A DNA stretch of 64,000 nucleotides from Nitriliruptoraceae bacterium (GCA_047610595.1 JBLFZR010000001.1:25746-89745), one strand, 5' to 3'; numbered from the stretch's first letter, positions 27,113 to 35,223 are shown. Notes: generated by a model not told the origin, from the letters alone. Numbers and translations: made by a program.

Positions 27113-27209
27113 ACGACGACCTCCGCTCGTTTCATCGGCCCGACAGGTTTTGGACTAAAGGAGCAATGTCTCCTCAGGTTTCCCGAACGGATGGGATGCA
27201 GACTGTGTC

Positions 27210-27232
27210 GTGCCGGCTGACCGGGCCAGCAC
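27210..27232 (-). terminator. possible partial terminator/attenuator hairpin between the PilP-like gene and the pseudopilin genes
   Basis: Minus-strand RNA GUGCUGGC-CCGGUCA-GCCGGCAC gives an 8-bp stem with one G.U pair. There is no U tract. Confidence 0.25.
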
Positions 27233-27264
27233 GCCCTCACAGCTGCGTGCTTGTCGCCAACAGA

Positions 27265-27897
27265 TCACTTCAGAACGGTCGCGCCGACGCACAACGAGAA
27301 GGACTCGTCGCCGTACTGCAGGGTCACGCACGAGCTATCGACAGCGAGCACACGAAACGAGGTGGCGAAGCTGTCGCCAGCCATGACCTCATAGGTCGTC
27401 GCGTCAACAACGACGGTGGCAGCATCAAGGTCGATAGCCGTCAGCGTCACCACCGTTCCCTCACACACCGTCTCGGCAGCGTCGCCGGAGCACGCCTGAC
27501 CGGTGACCGGCGGAGTGCTGGGCTCGTCCGGCTCCGCGGGCACCGGACCTGTGGGGTCGGCTGGGTCGGCTGGACCTGTGGGGTCAGCTGGGTCGGCTGG
27601 GTCCGCGAAGTCAGGAACGACCCGACGGAACGGGTCTCGTGAGAGGATGACTCGAATCGCGCTGTCACGGTTCGCGTCGCCGACAGCGCTCGCATCGATA
27701 CGGGCGACCAGAGCCGAGATCGGATCGGCAACGGACGTCGCTACAGCTGGTTCCTCGACGGCCGTGCCGTCGGCTGTCGTTGCCAGGACATCACTGGCCG
27801 CCCGAGCGTAATCACGATCGACGGCGAGCAGCGCGACAGCCCCGAGCAGCCCGGTCACGACCATGGCCTGCAGCATCCTGCGGCTGGCGATGTTCAT
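27265..27897 (-). CDS. PilP-like pilus assembly protein (hypothetical)
   Basis: ATGA overlap with the pilO stop. N-terminal membrane anchor, SRDPF motif, Pro/Asp-rich linker, and a C-terminal ~70-aa beta-rich domain with 4 Cys. Confidence 0.5.
   Translation of the reverse strand: MNIASRRMLQAMVVTGLLGAVALLAVDRDYARAASDVLATTADGTAVEEPAVATSVADPISALVARIDASAVGDANRDSAIRVILSRDPFRRVVPDFADPADPADPTGPADPADPTGPVPAEPDEPSTPPVTGQACSGDAAETVCEGTVVTLTAIDLDAATVVVDATTYEVMAGDSFATSFRVLAVDSSCVTLQYGDESFSLCVGATVLK
27545..27598 (-). repeat. 2 x 27-bp in-frame tandem repeat inside the PilP-like gene
   Basis: GGACCTGTGGGGTCGGCTGGGTCGGCT then GGACCTGTGGGGTCAGCTGGGTCGGCT (plus strand). Encodes PADPADPTG x2 in the linker. 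Confidence 0.9.
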
Positions 27898-28517
27898 GAC
27901 ACGACCTCCTGCTGCACGGCGGACTCGCTCGGGACCGCGCTCGGCGCAGCTTCGGGCGCCGGGACTGGCTGCTCATAGGTGTCGATGGAGGCGTACAGCG
28001 ACGCGATCACCGTCAGGTTGAGCGTGGGATACGAGCCAGGGGCTATCGACACGGTGTTGACGTTGAAACCGCGTGCTGTGATTCTGGGATCTTCGAGCCG
28101 ACGCAGAAAGTCCACGATCTGAAAGTACGAACCGGATGCGGTCATCGACAGCGAGATCTGGTGCAGCTTCACACCTGCAGTGACCGGCGTTGGACGCCCT
28201 GTCGAGAGCTGACTGATCACAACTCCGGCATCATCAGCTGCGGCTTGCATCTGCCGTAGCGCACTTTCGATCTCATCACTCGTCGGCACCACCGACCGGA
28301 GGGCCGCGATGTTCGATTCCATCTGCGCCGATCGACTGCGCATCGACTCCAGCGCTGTTATCCGGCTCTGAAGCGCGACGCCCTGCGCCTCGACTGCTGC
28401 CAGATCTGACTCAAACACCGTCACCTGTTCGCGCTGCGGTGACATCAGAAGCATCCACCACAACGCGATGGCGAGAACCAGCGCGAGCACGGGCACGAGG
28501 ATCGCCTGACGACTCAT
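27894..28517 (-). CDS. pilO: type IV pilus assembly protein PilO
   Basis: Single N-terminal TM segment, then coiled coil, then ferredoxin-like core (LSMTASGSYFQIVDFLRRLE). ATGA overlaps on both sides. Position follows pilN. Confidence 0.75.
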   Translation of the reverse strand: MSRQAILVPVLALVLAIALWWMLLMSPQREQVTVFESDLAAVEAQGVALQSRITALESMRSRSAQMESNIAALRSVVPTSDEIESALRQMQAAADDAGVVISQLSTGRPTPVTAGVKLHQISLSMTASGSYFQIVDFLRRLEDPRITARGFNVNTVSIAPGSYPTLNLTVIASLYASIDTYEQPVPAPEAAPSAVPSESAVQQEVVS

Positions 28518-29143
28518 TGATCACCCCGTCCGTGCGTGTTGTATCGGTTGGTGCGAACCTCTGGGCCGAGGTCCATGTCGAGCGAGAAGGTCGTGACATC
28601 GAACTCATCCACGCTTGCCCCGCCGCCGAACACGTTGTCGAACGCCGCCGCCCGCTCTACGTCAAGCATGAGTCGTTCGAGGCCGGGTGCCAGCCCCACA
28701 AGGACTCGTCCGGCCAGAATCAAACGTCCGTGTGACAGCCGTGTCCCACCGGCCTGTGGCAGCGCCGGTTCGGGGCTGATCGTCAGACTGAGCGTCTGCA
28801 GCTCCGCAGTCGGTGGCAGGACCGCAGCTAGATCCTGCAGGATGCCCGCGACGGACGCTTCCTGTCCCATCGCAGTGGACACCTCGGCCGCTGCATCCGC
28901 ACGACGTTGCTCTAAGTCAGCGAACGGTGCCAGCTCCCCCACACGGGCCTGCAGCACGCGGTTCGCGTCCTGGCCAGCGGCCAGATTCTGCTCGGACGTC
29001 GCTACGGCGGCGCCTTGCGCGACGGTCAGTGCGCCCATCACGGCCACCAGAGCCGCAGCAGCTGCGATCGACGCGTTTCGACGCCGTACCGCACGAGCTT
29101 GCTTCATGATCGCGTGGGGTAGCAGGTTGACTTTGACGCTCAT
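28514..29143 (-). CDS. pilN: type IV pilus assembly protein PilN
   Basis: MSVKVNLLPH, the conserved INLLP-type PilM-binding N-terminus, followed by a TM segment. ATGA overlap with pilM. Confidence 0.8.
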   Translation of the reverse strand: MSVKVNLLPHAIMKQARAVRRRNASIAAAAALVAVMGALTVAQGAAVATSEQNLAAGQDANRVLQARVGELAPFADLEQRRADAAAEVSTAMGQEASVAGILQDLAAVLPPTAELQTLSLTISPEPALPQAGGTRLSHGRLILAGRVLVGLAPGLERLMLDVERAAAFDNVFGGGASVDEFDVTTFSLDMDLGPEVRTNRYNTHGRGDQ

Positions 29144-30174
29144 TCGAGACCTCCCAGCGCGAGCCCGATAGAGGTCGCCAGGACCGGTCCCCACGCCACC
29201 AACGTCTCTTCATCCACGTCGAGCGAATGATCCACAAAGTCGAACGGGCGCGCGATCTCAACGTTGAGACCGAGCGCATCCATGAGTTGCTCGCGAAGCC
29301 CGACCAGCACAGAGCCACCGCCCGCGAGCACGACGCGGTCAACGCGCCCCACGCCTGTCTGTGCCCGGAAGTAGTCCAGTGACGAACGAATCTCATCCGC
29401 GAACTGATGCACGCGCTCCAAGATGATCAAGCTCGTAGGGTCTGTCCCTGTAGCGCCCAGGCTTCGCTTACGCAGCTCCGCGTCCGCGAACCCGATGTCC
29501 TCAGCCGAGGCCACCGATGCAGTGATGTCGTCGCCTCCGAGCACAAGGATGCGCACGAACAGCGGCACGCCGGCCTGATGCACGACAACCGAAGTCACGC
29601 CGGCGCCGATGTCGATAAACACCTCGCTGGTGTCGCCCAGCGACTCAGTCGCGAGCGCCCGAAGCAGCGCGAACGGGTTCAAGTCGACCCCAACCGGTTT
29701 AAGACCAGCCTTGGTGACCGCACCAACGTGGGCGCTGATCATGTCTTTCTGCGCCGCCACCAGCAGCACCCGGAGCGTGCGACGCCCCTGCGCATCAGTG
29801 ACTTCCTCAAGCGTGTGATAGTCAAGCTCAGCAGCTTCAACGGGGATAGGGATGAACTCCTGGACCTGGAACGGCAACGACTGGCGCAGCTCATCGTCGG
29901 GCAGGTACGGCAGGTTCACCTGGCGTACGACTACACGTTGGTTCGCAACGCCTAAGTGCACATGCTTATCGCGCAGCCCGAGAGATGCGTAACCCCGCTT
30001 GATGGTCGCCACAACTGCGTCCATGTCGACGATCTCGCCCTCACGCACGGCACCCACGGGCAGCTCGACCTGCTCGACAGACTGCACGACACGGCGTCCC
30101 TTCTTGACCACCACCTCGGTGATCGTGACCGATCGGGTCCCGATGTCGAGCCCAACGGCGCGAGAACGGGCCAT
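29140..30174 (-). CDS. pilM: type IV pilus assembly ATPase-like protein PilM
   Basis: Actin-like fold motifs VGLDIGTRSVTITEV and IDIGAGVTSVVV...LAGGGS. 344 aa. Confidence 0.9.
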   Translation of the reverse strand: MARSRAVGLDIGTRSVTITEVVVKKGRRVVQSVEQVELPVGAVREGEIVDMDAVVATIKRGYASLGLRDKHVHLGVANQRVVVRQVNLPYLPDDELRQSLPFQVQEFIPIPVEAAELDYHTLEEVTDAQGRRTLRVLLVAAQKDMISAHVGAVTKAGLKPVGVDLNPFALLRALATESLGDTSEVFIDIGAGVTSVVVHQAGVPLFVRILVLGGDDITASVASAEDIGFADAELRKRSLGATGTDPTSLIILERVHQFADEIRSSLDYFRAQTGVGRVDRVVLAGGGSVLVGLREQLMDALGLNVEIARPFDFVDHSLDVDEETLVAWGPVLATSIGLALGGLE

Positions 30175-30377
30175 CAGCTCAGACCCTCGGTACCAGTGCT
30201 CGGCGACACCGAGGACTGCAGGTACGCGGCAAGCGTCTCCGGCGCGATCCGGTAGCTACGCCCGATGCGAAGCGCCCCCAGCTCGTCGCGCTGAATCAAG
30301 CGATACACCGTCATCGTGGACACTCGGAGGCTCACAGCCACCTCTGCCACTGTGAGCAGCGTCGGAGTCTCAGCCAC
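30174..30377 (-). CDS. small excisionase/MerR-family helix-turn-helix DNA-binding protein
   Basis: LLTVAEVAVSLRVSTMTVYRLIQRDELGALRIGRSYRI. GTG 30377 has GGAGG 6 nt upstream. Its stop overlaps the pilM ATG (TGATG). Confidence 0.8.
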   Translation of the reverse strand: MAETPTLLTVAEVAVSLRVSTMTVYRLIQRDELGALRIGRSYRIAPETLAAYLQSSVSPSTGTEGLS

Positions 30378-30402
30378 CGTTGTCCTCCGTCTTGTTGGGT
30401 GT

Positions 30403-30609
30403 TTACACCGCGGCGGCATGCCCTTCAGGCAACAGCACACGCGCCACTTCTACCACATCCGCATCATCTGCGACTACGGCCTCAACTACCACCGTCGGCA
30501 CAGTGGCCACACGACTGTAGGACAGTGACCACATCAGCTGCTCGGTTTCGACGGCCGCATCCACCACGCGTCGCTGCCGTCCGAGCGCCAGCGACGCAGG
30601 CGGAAACAC
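30403..30609 (-). CDS. possible 68-aa acidic small protein (uncertain)
   Basis: An in-frame GTG lies 1 nt after the pilD stop, and the ORF ends 25 nt before the HTH start, so it exactly fills the gap. SD is weak, and third-position G/C is only moderate (about 45 of 69 codons by eye). Confidence 0.3.
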   Translation of the reverse strand: MFPPASLALGRQRRVVDAAVETEQLMWSLSYSRVATVPTVVVEAVVADDADVVEVARVLLPEGHAAAV

Positions 30610-30610
30610 C

Positions 30611-31411
30611 TTATGCCAGCCCGAGCAGGGAGAGGACGGGGGTTCGCAACGCCCTACCTCCAACGATGGCCAGCAGCATCCCGGCTGCCAGGTAGGGCCC
30701 AAACGGGATGCGTGACGCGAGCTTCACTCGTCCGGTCGCCAGCAGCGTCACCGCCATACACACAGCACTCAGCATCGCTCCGTACAGCAGCACGGCAACC
30801 TCGAAGCCACCCAGGTAGCCCGCGACCAAACCCAGCGAGATCAGCAGCTTGACGTCACCCATCCCGAAGCCGGCTCGACCACGCAGCAGTCGGTAGCTCT
30901 CCCCAAGAAGGAAGAGACCGAGCGGCACGAGAACGGCCGCCATCACGCCGCGCCGGAGCGCGAGCAGCGAGCCGGGGCCCCAGATTGACGGAGGAGCCAG
31001 CAGCACCAGCAGCACGAACGGCAGCCGGTACGTAAGCCGGTTCGGGATGATGCGGTGCTCGATGTCGATCGCGGTCACAACGACCAACGACCACGTAAGC
31101 GCAAGGAGCGCTGGTAACAGCAGCGTCGCGCCTTCGGAGGCCGCAACGATGCCAAACAGCAGCGCCGTCACGGCTTCTACGAGCGGGTAACGCCAATGAA
31201 TCGGTTCCTGACACTCCCGACACTGACGTCCGAGCAACAGCCATGACACCACCGGAACGTTGTCGCGCGGTCGAATCGGTGCGTCGCAGAAAGGACACGC
31301 TGATCGCTTCGGCTCACTGACGCTCCGGCCGAGCGGCCAGCGGTGGATCGGCACGTTCGCGAAGGAACCAAAGATCAATCCCAGCACGGCGCAGGCGGTA
31401 ACAACGATCAC
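30611..31411 (-). CDS. pilD: prepilin peptidase (A24 family, with N-terminal Cys-rich methyltransferase-type region)
   Basis: CPFCDAPIRPRDNVPVVSWLLLGRQCRECQ (CxxC...CxxC). Catalytic-type IDIEHRIIPN and GMGDVKLL. Start set at GTG 31411, because the longer ORF would overlap the pilin gene. Confidence 0.85.
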   Translation of the reverse strand: MIVVTACAVLGLIFGSFANVPIHRWPLGRSVSEPKRSACPFCDAPIRPRDNVPVVSWLLLGRQCRECQEPIHWRYPLVEAVTALLFGIVAASEGATLLLPALLALTWSLVVVTAIDIEHRIIPNRLTYRLPFVLLVLLAPPSIWGPGSLLALRRGVMAAVLVPLGLFLLGESYRLLRGRAGFGMGDVKLLISLGLVAGYLGGFEVAVLLYGAMLSAVCMAVTLLATGRVKLASRIPFGPYLAAGMLLAIVGGRALRTPVLSLLGLA

Positions 31412-31565
31412 AGTGTTCCGTTCGGGGAACGAGGAGAGGAACGCACAACACCCCTCCAGTTGTCGGACATGGCGGCGCGTCCGCGCAGGTGCAGGCACAA
31501 GATACGGCTGGCCGGCCGCAGATGCGGCCGGCCAGCCGCGATGCGCGACGACGTGTGTCGTTCGA

Positions 31566-32054
31566 TCAGCCGGTGGCGCACACGGCCGCAGCGAAGCCCT
31601 GAATGCCGCCATCAACTGAGCTGTACGTGACGTTGTTGTCCCCGCCAATCAGCTGATGCGAGAAGCAGATCTTGAACGCAGTCCCGCTCACGCTGAAGTC
31701 AGTAGCGGCAACGCCGGCGTAGCTCTCGGCCAAACCAGCGGCGCTGCGAGTCACAACACCGAACTCAACGTCGCTTGCACCGAGGGCGACGAGCTGGCCG
31801 TCAACAAAGCTCTCGAAATCGGCCGCAGCGCCCCCGATGAGGTAGTTACCACCGAACGCAGTGGCCTCGGCCTCTACCTCCAGCGCGATGTTGCGGACCG
31901 CGCTCGTGAGCTCGGCCTGCCACGCCCGCTCCCGCTGGCTCAGAAACTGAGGGATCGCGATCGCGGCAAGGATTCCGATGATGATCACGACAACGAGGAG
32001 CTCGATAAGCGTGAACCCCTCTTCGTGGCGCCGCGCGCGGATGGAGCTGGTCAT
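31566..32054 (-). CDS. pilA: type IV major pilin
   Basis: MTSSIRARRHEEG|FTLIELLVVVIIIGILAAIAIPQF, a canonical class III signal peptide with E+5. C-terminal Cys pair (CFSHQ...AAVCATG). 162 aa. Confidence 0.85.
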   Translation of the reverse strand: MTSSIRARRHEEGFTLIELLVVVIIIGILAAIAIPQFLSQRERAWQAELTSAVRNIALEVEAEATAFGGNYLIGGAAADFESFVDGQLVALGASDVEFGVVTRSAAGLAESYAGVAATDFSVSGTAFKICFSHQLIGGDNNVTYSSVDGGIQGFAAAVCATG

Positions 32055-32283
32055 GGGTGGTGTCCCTTCAGGACGAATAAGTGCGATGAAACGCCATGAG
32101 ACGTTGACGCAATCATCGGCACATGGCTTCGCGACCTTGAGCATCGGAGCCAGGACACCCTCCCGCGGCGGGCCCTCGGTGTCAAGCTTCAATGAGACGG
32201 GTCGCCCGATCAATCACTGAGCCTGACGGAGTAACGGAGATCACCAAGGCTGAGATCCTCGACATCTGCCGCGACCAACAGCC

Positions 32284-33504
32284 TCATACGAGGTTCATGA
32301 TCTCGAAGATCGGCATGTACAGCGCGATGACCATCGACCCAACGATCGCACCGAGGACCGCGATCATGATCGGCTCCATCATGGCAGTCAGCTGGTCGGT
32401 GGTCGCCTCGATCTCACGGTCGTAGAAGTCCGAGATCTTGTTCAACATCGTGTCGACAGCACCAGTCTCCTCGCCGACGGCGATCATCTGAGTCACCATG
32501 GAAGGGAACACGACATGCTTCGCCAGTGGCACAGCCATCGCCTCCCCCTCACGGACTCCTGACTGCACGTCCTTGATCGCAACGCTCATCACGCCGTTGT
32601 CCACCGTCTCGGCTGCGATCTCGAGTGCTTGCAAGATCGGCACACCCGACTGCAGCAGGATCGCCAGGTTCCGAGCGAACCGCGTGATCGCAATCTTGTG
32701 AAAGAGCTCACCGAACACGGGCAGCTTGAGCTTTATCACATCGAGCTGAAACCGACCGTTATCTGTCTTCCTGTAGGCCTTGAAAGCCTGCCACAACGCG
32801 ATAGGGCCGATCAGAAACGTGAACACACCAGCCCACGATGTGATGAAGTTGGACGCAAACAGCAAGATCTTGGTTGGCCCCGGCAAATCGCCCCCAAGGG
32901 TGTCAAACAGCCCTACGAAGGTCGGAACGATGAAGATGAGCATCGCAGCGGTCAGACCGATCGCCATACACAACACCAGCACCGGGTACGTCATGGCTGA
33001 CTTGATCTTCTGGCGAAGCGCCACGTCCTTCTCGAGGTTGTCGGCGACCTGCAGCAGCACGCGATCAAGCATGCCGGCAGCTTCACCAGCGCGAACGAGC
33101 GCGATGTAGAGCTTCGGGAAGTCGTCGTGATCAGCCATCGCGGCTGACAAGGAACGACCAGCCTCGACGTCGCTGGTCATCGTCTCGAGCACCTCAGCCA
33201 GCTTGACGTTGTCAGTCTGCTCTTGGAGGATCACCAGCGCACGCAGCAGTGACAGGCCCGAGCTGATCATGGTTGCGAACTGCCGCGAGAAGATCGCGAG
33301 ATCTTTCAGACCAACCTTCGGGCCGAAGCCCGGAATCGTCAGCTCCTTGCTCCCGAGCCCCTCCTTCTTCTGCTCGATGGAGATAGGGGCATAGCCCATA
33401 GAGCGCAGCTTCTCGGCCACCGCGGCTTGGGTGTCAGCCTCCAGCTCGCCCAACACGAGCGTTCCTGCCCTGTCGCGAACCTGATACGCGAACGTCGAGG
33501 TCAT
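32284..33504 (-). CDS. pilC: type IV pilus platform protein PilC (GspF family)
   Basis: Two GspF repeats (FSRQFATMISSGLSLLRAL and FARNLAILLQSGVPILQAL). C-terminal MPIFEI. 406 aa. Confidence 0.92.
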   Translation of the reverse strand: MTSTFAYQVRDRAGTLVLGELEADTQAAVAEKLRSMGYAPISIEQKKEGLGSKELTIPGFGPKVGLKDLAIFSRQFATMISSGLSLLRALVILQEQTDNVKLAEVLETMTSDVEAGRSLSAAMADHDDFPKLYIALVRAGEAAGMLDRVLLQVADNLEKDVALRQKIKSAMTYPVLVLCMAIGLTAAMLIFIVPTFVGLFDTLGGDLPGPTKILLFASNFITSWAGVFTFLIGPIALWQAFKAYRKTDNGRFQLDVIKLKLPVFGELFHKIAITRFARNLAILLQSGVPILQALEIAAETVDNGVMSVAIKDVQSGVREGEAMAVPLAKHVVFPSMVTQMIAVGEETGAVDTMLNKISDFYDREIEATTDQLTAMMEPIMIAVLGAIVGSMVIALYMPIFEIMNLV

Positions 33505-33593
33505 GGTGGCTCCCTAGGTGTCTGGCGCGCGTCACGCCTCGTATGTGTATCGGTCGATGGGAGCCGGCACTACAGCTCCGTCTTAACCGCATC

Positions 33594-35192
33594 TCATCCA
33601 CGTCCCGCCAGTCGATTGAACTCCGACACTTGGCTGCACTTGTCCAGAGCATCGTCGTACGTCACCGTGCCCTTCTTCACAAGCGTGGCCAGTGACTGGT
33701 CCATCGTCACCATGCCGTGGGACGCTCCAGCCTGCATAGCCGAGTAGATCTGGTGGGTCTTGCCTTCACGGATGAGGTTCTTGATACCTGACGTGGCCAT
33801 CATGATCTCGGTCGCGACAGTCCGACCTTTGCCATCCGCCGTCTTAAGGAGCGTCTGACACACGACACCTTTCAGCGCACCAGCCAGCATGACGCGGATC
33901 TGCTCCTGCTGGTGCGGCGGGAACACGTCGATGATTCGGTCGATCGACTGCGGTGCGTCCTGCGTGTGCAGCGTGCCAAACACCAGGTGGCCAGTCTCCG
34001 CGGCGGTCAACGCGATCTGAATCGTCTCGAGGTCGCGCAGCTCACCCACCAAGATCACATCCGGATCTTGTCGCAGGACGTGCTTGAGCGCTGCGGTGAA
34101 CGAGTAGCTGTCGGTGCCGATCTCGCGCTGATTCACCACCGACTTCTTGTGCTCGTGCAAGAACTCAATAGGGTCCTCAATCGTCATGATGTGAGCGGCC
34201 CGCTGCTCGTTCACCGTGTTGATCAAGGCGGCAAGCGTGGTCGACTTACCGGAGCCGGTCGGTCCTGTTACGAGCACAAAGCCTCGCGGAAGGAACGCCA
34301 GATTCGAAACCTGCGACGGGATACCGAGCTGCTCCAGCGTCATCATCTCGAACGGGATCACACGCATCACCGAGGCGATGGACTGGCGCTGCTGGAACAC
34401 GTTTACTCGAAAACGCGCCAACCCGGCGATCTGGTAGGACATATCGAGCTCGAGGTTGTTCTCGAACTCCTCACGCTGCTTCTGTGTCATGATCGCGTAC
34501 AGCATCCCCTGCAGCTCGTCTGGAACCATCTGCGGATAATCGGGCAGCTGCTGCATATCGCCGTGCACACGAACGGACGGAGCGACGCCGGCCGTGAGAT
34601 GCAGATCCGAACCACCACTCTCGATCAGCTTCGCCAGCAGCTCGTTGAGGTCGACCGATGCCCCTGTCTCGCTGCGCAGTCGAGGTTCGGCGGCCCCCAC
34701 GGCCACCGGTGCGTCAGCTGTCAACCCCTGCGAACCTGGCGCGACGTGCCGATCGTCAACGACGGCGACAGGGCTGAGGTGACGAATCGCGTCCATCACC
34801 TGCGCTCGAGCTGCCAACACAAGCTCGACGGCTTGGCCCGTGTGCTCTGTCACCCGCGCGGCAGCGCCACGATTGTTGGGGTTGGCGATAGCCACCACGA
34901 TGGCGTTTCCCTCCCCAAACCCGACCGGGACAGCCTCAATCTCGGCTGCAAGATGTTGCGGAACCAATCCGACCGCGGCCATGTCCACGGTCGTGGGCTT
35001 CACCTCGATGAACCGCATACCGAGCTGCGTCGCAGCTGCCTGCATCAGCTCATCTTGGCTCGCGTACCCAAGATCGAGGACGGCACGTCCGAGGCTCACC
35101 CCCTGCTGCTGCTGGTGCGCCGTGGCGTCGGTGAGCTGCGTCTGACTGATGGTGCCGCGCTGGACGAGGGCATCCCCGAGTCCGATTGTCAT
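33594..35192 (-). CDS. pilT: twitching-motility (retraction) ATPase PilT with N-terminal T2SSE_N/MshEN-like domain
   Basis: Walker A GPTGSGKST. PilT signature GIKNLIREGKTHQIYS. No tetracysteine Zn motif. ~190 extra N-terminal residues carry two LGxxLVxxG...Q motifs. Confidence 0.9.
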   Translation of the reverse strand: MTIGLGDALVQRGTISQTQLTDATAHQQQQGVSLGRAVLDLGYASQDELMQAAATQLGMRFIEVKPTTVDMAAVGLVPQHLAAEIEAVPVGFGEGNAIVVAIANPNNRGAAARVTEHTGQAVELVLAARAQVMDAIRHLSPVAVVDDRHVAPGSQGLTADAPVAVGAAEPRLRSETGASVDLNELLAKLIESGGSDLHLTAGVAPSVRVHGDMQQLPDYPQMVPDELQGMLYAIMTQKQREEFENNLELDMSYQIAGLARFRVNVFQQRQSIASVMRVIPFEMMTLEQLGIPSQVSNLAFLPRGFVLVTGPTGSGKSTTLAALINTVNEQRAAHIMTIEDPIEFLHEHKKSVVNQREIGTDSYSFTAALKHVLRQDPDVILVGELRDLETIQIALTAAETGHLVFGTLHTQDAPQSIDRIIDVFPPHQQEQIRVMLAGALKGVVCQTLLKTADGKGRTVATEIMMATSGIKNLIREGKTHQIYSAMQAGASHGMVTMDQSLATLVKKGTVTYDDALDKCSQVSEFNRLAGRG

Positions 35193-35223
35193 GGTCCCAC
35201 ACTCCTGGTCTGGCGGCGCGTAG

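Noticed and set aside
27545-27598. Short direct repeats considered as a CRISPR-like or mobile-element signature
   Set aside because: There are only two adjacent copies without spacers, in frame inside a CDS. The same applies to the repeats at 44556..44663 and 11052..11123. No cas, transposase or integrase genes are in the window.
30174-30377. Excisionase gene as evidence of an integrated prophage or genomic island
   Set aside because: There is no integrase, no att-like direct repeats and no tRNA target, and the gene is translationally coupled to pilM. It was reinterpreted as a small regulator.
31412-31648. N-terminal 79 aa of the long pilD ORF (30611..31648)
   Set aside because: It would overlap the 3' end of the pilin gene by 83 nt and is Arg/Ala/Pro-rich. 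The conserved peptidase sequence begins right after the GTG at 31411.
32120-32150. Sigma-54-like TGGC...GC element upstream of the pilin gene
   Set aside because: In CTGGCTCCGATGCTC the GG-to-GC spacing is about 3 nt too short for the -24/-12 consensus, and actinobacteria generally lack RpoN.
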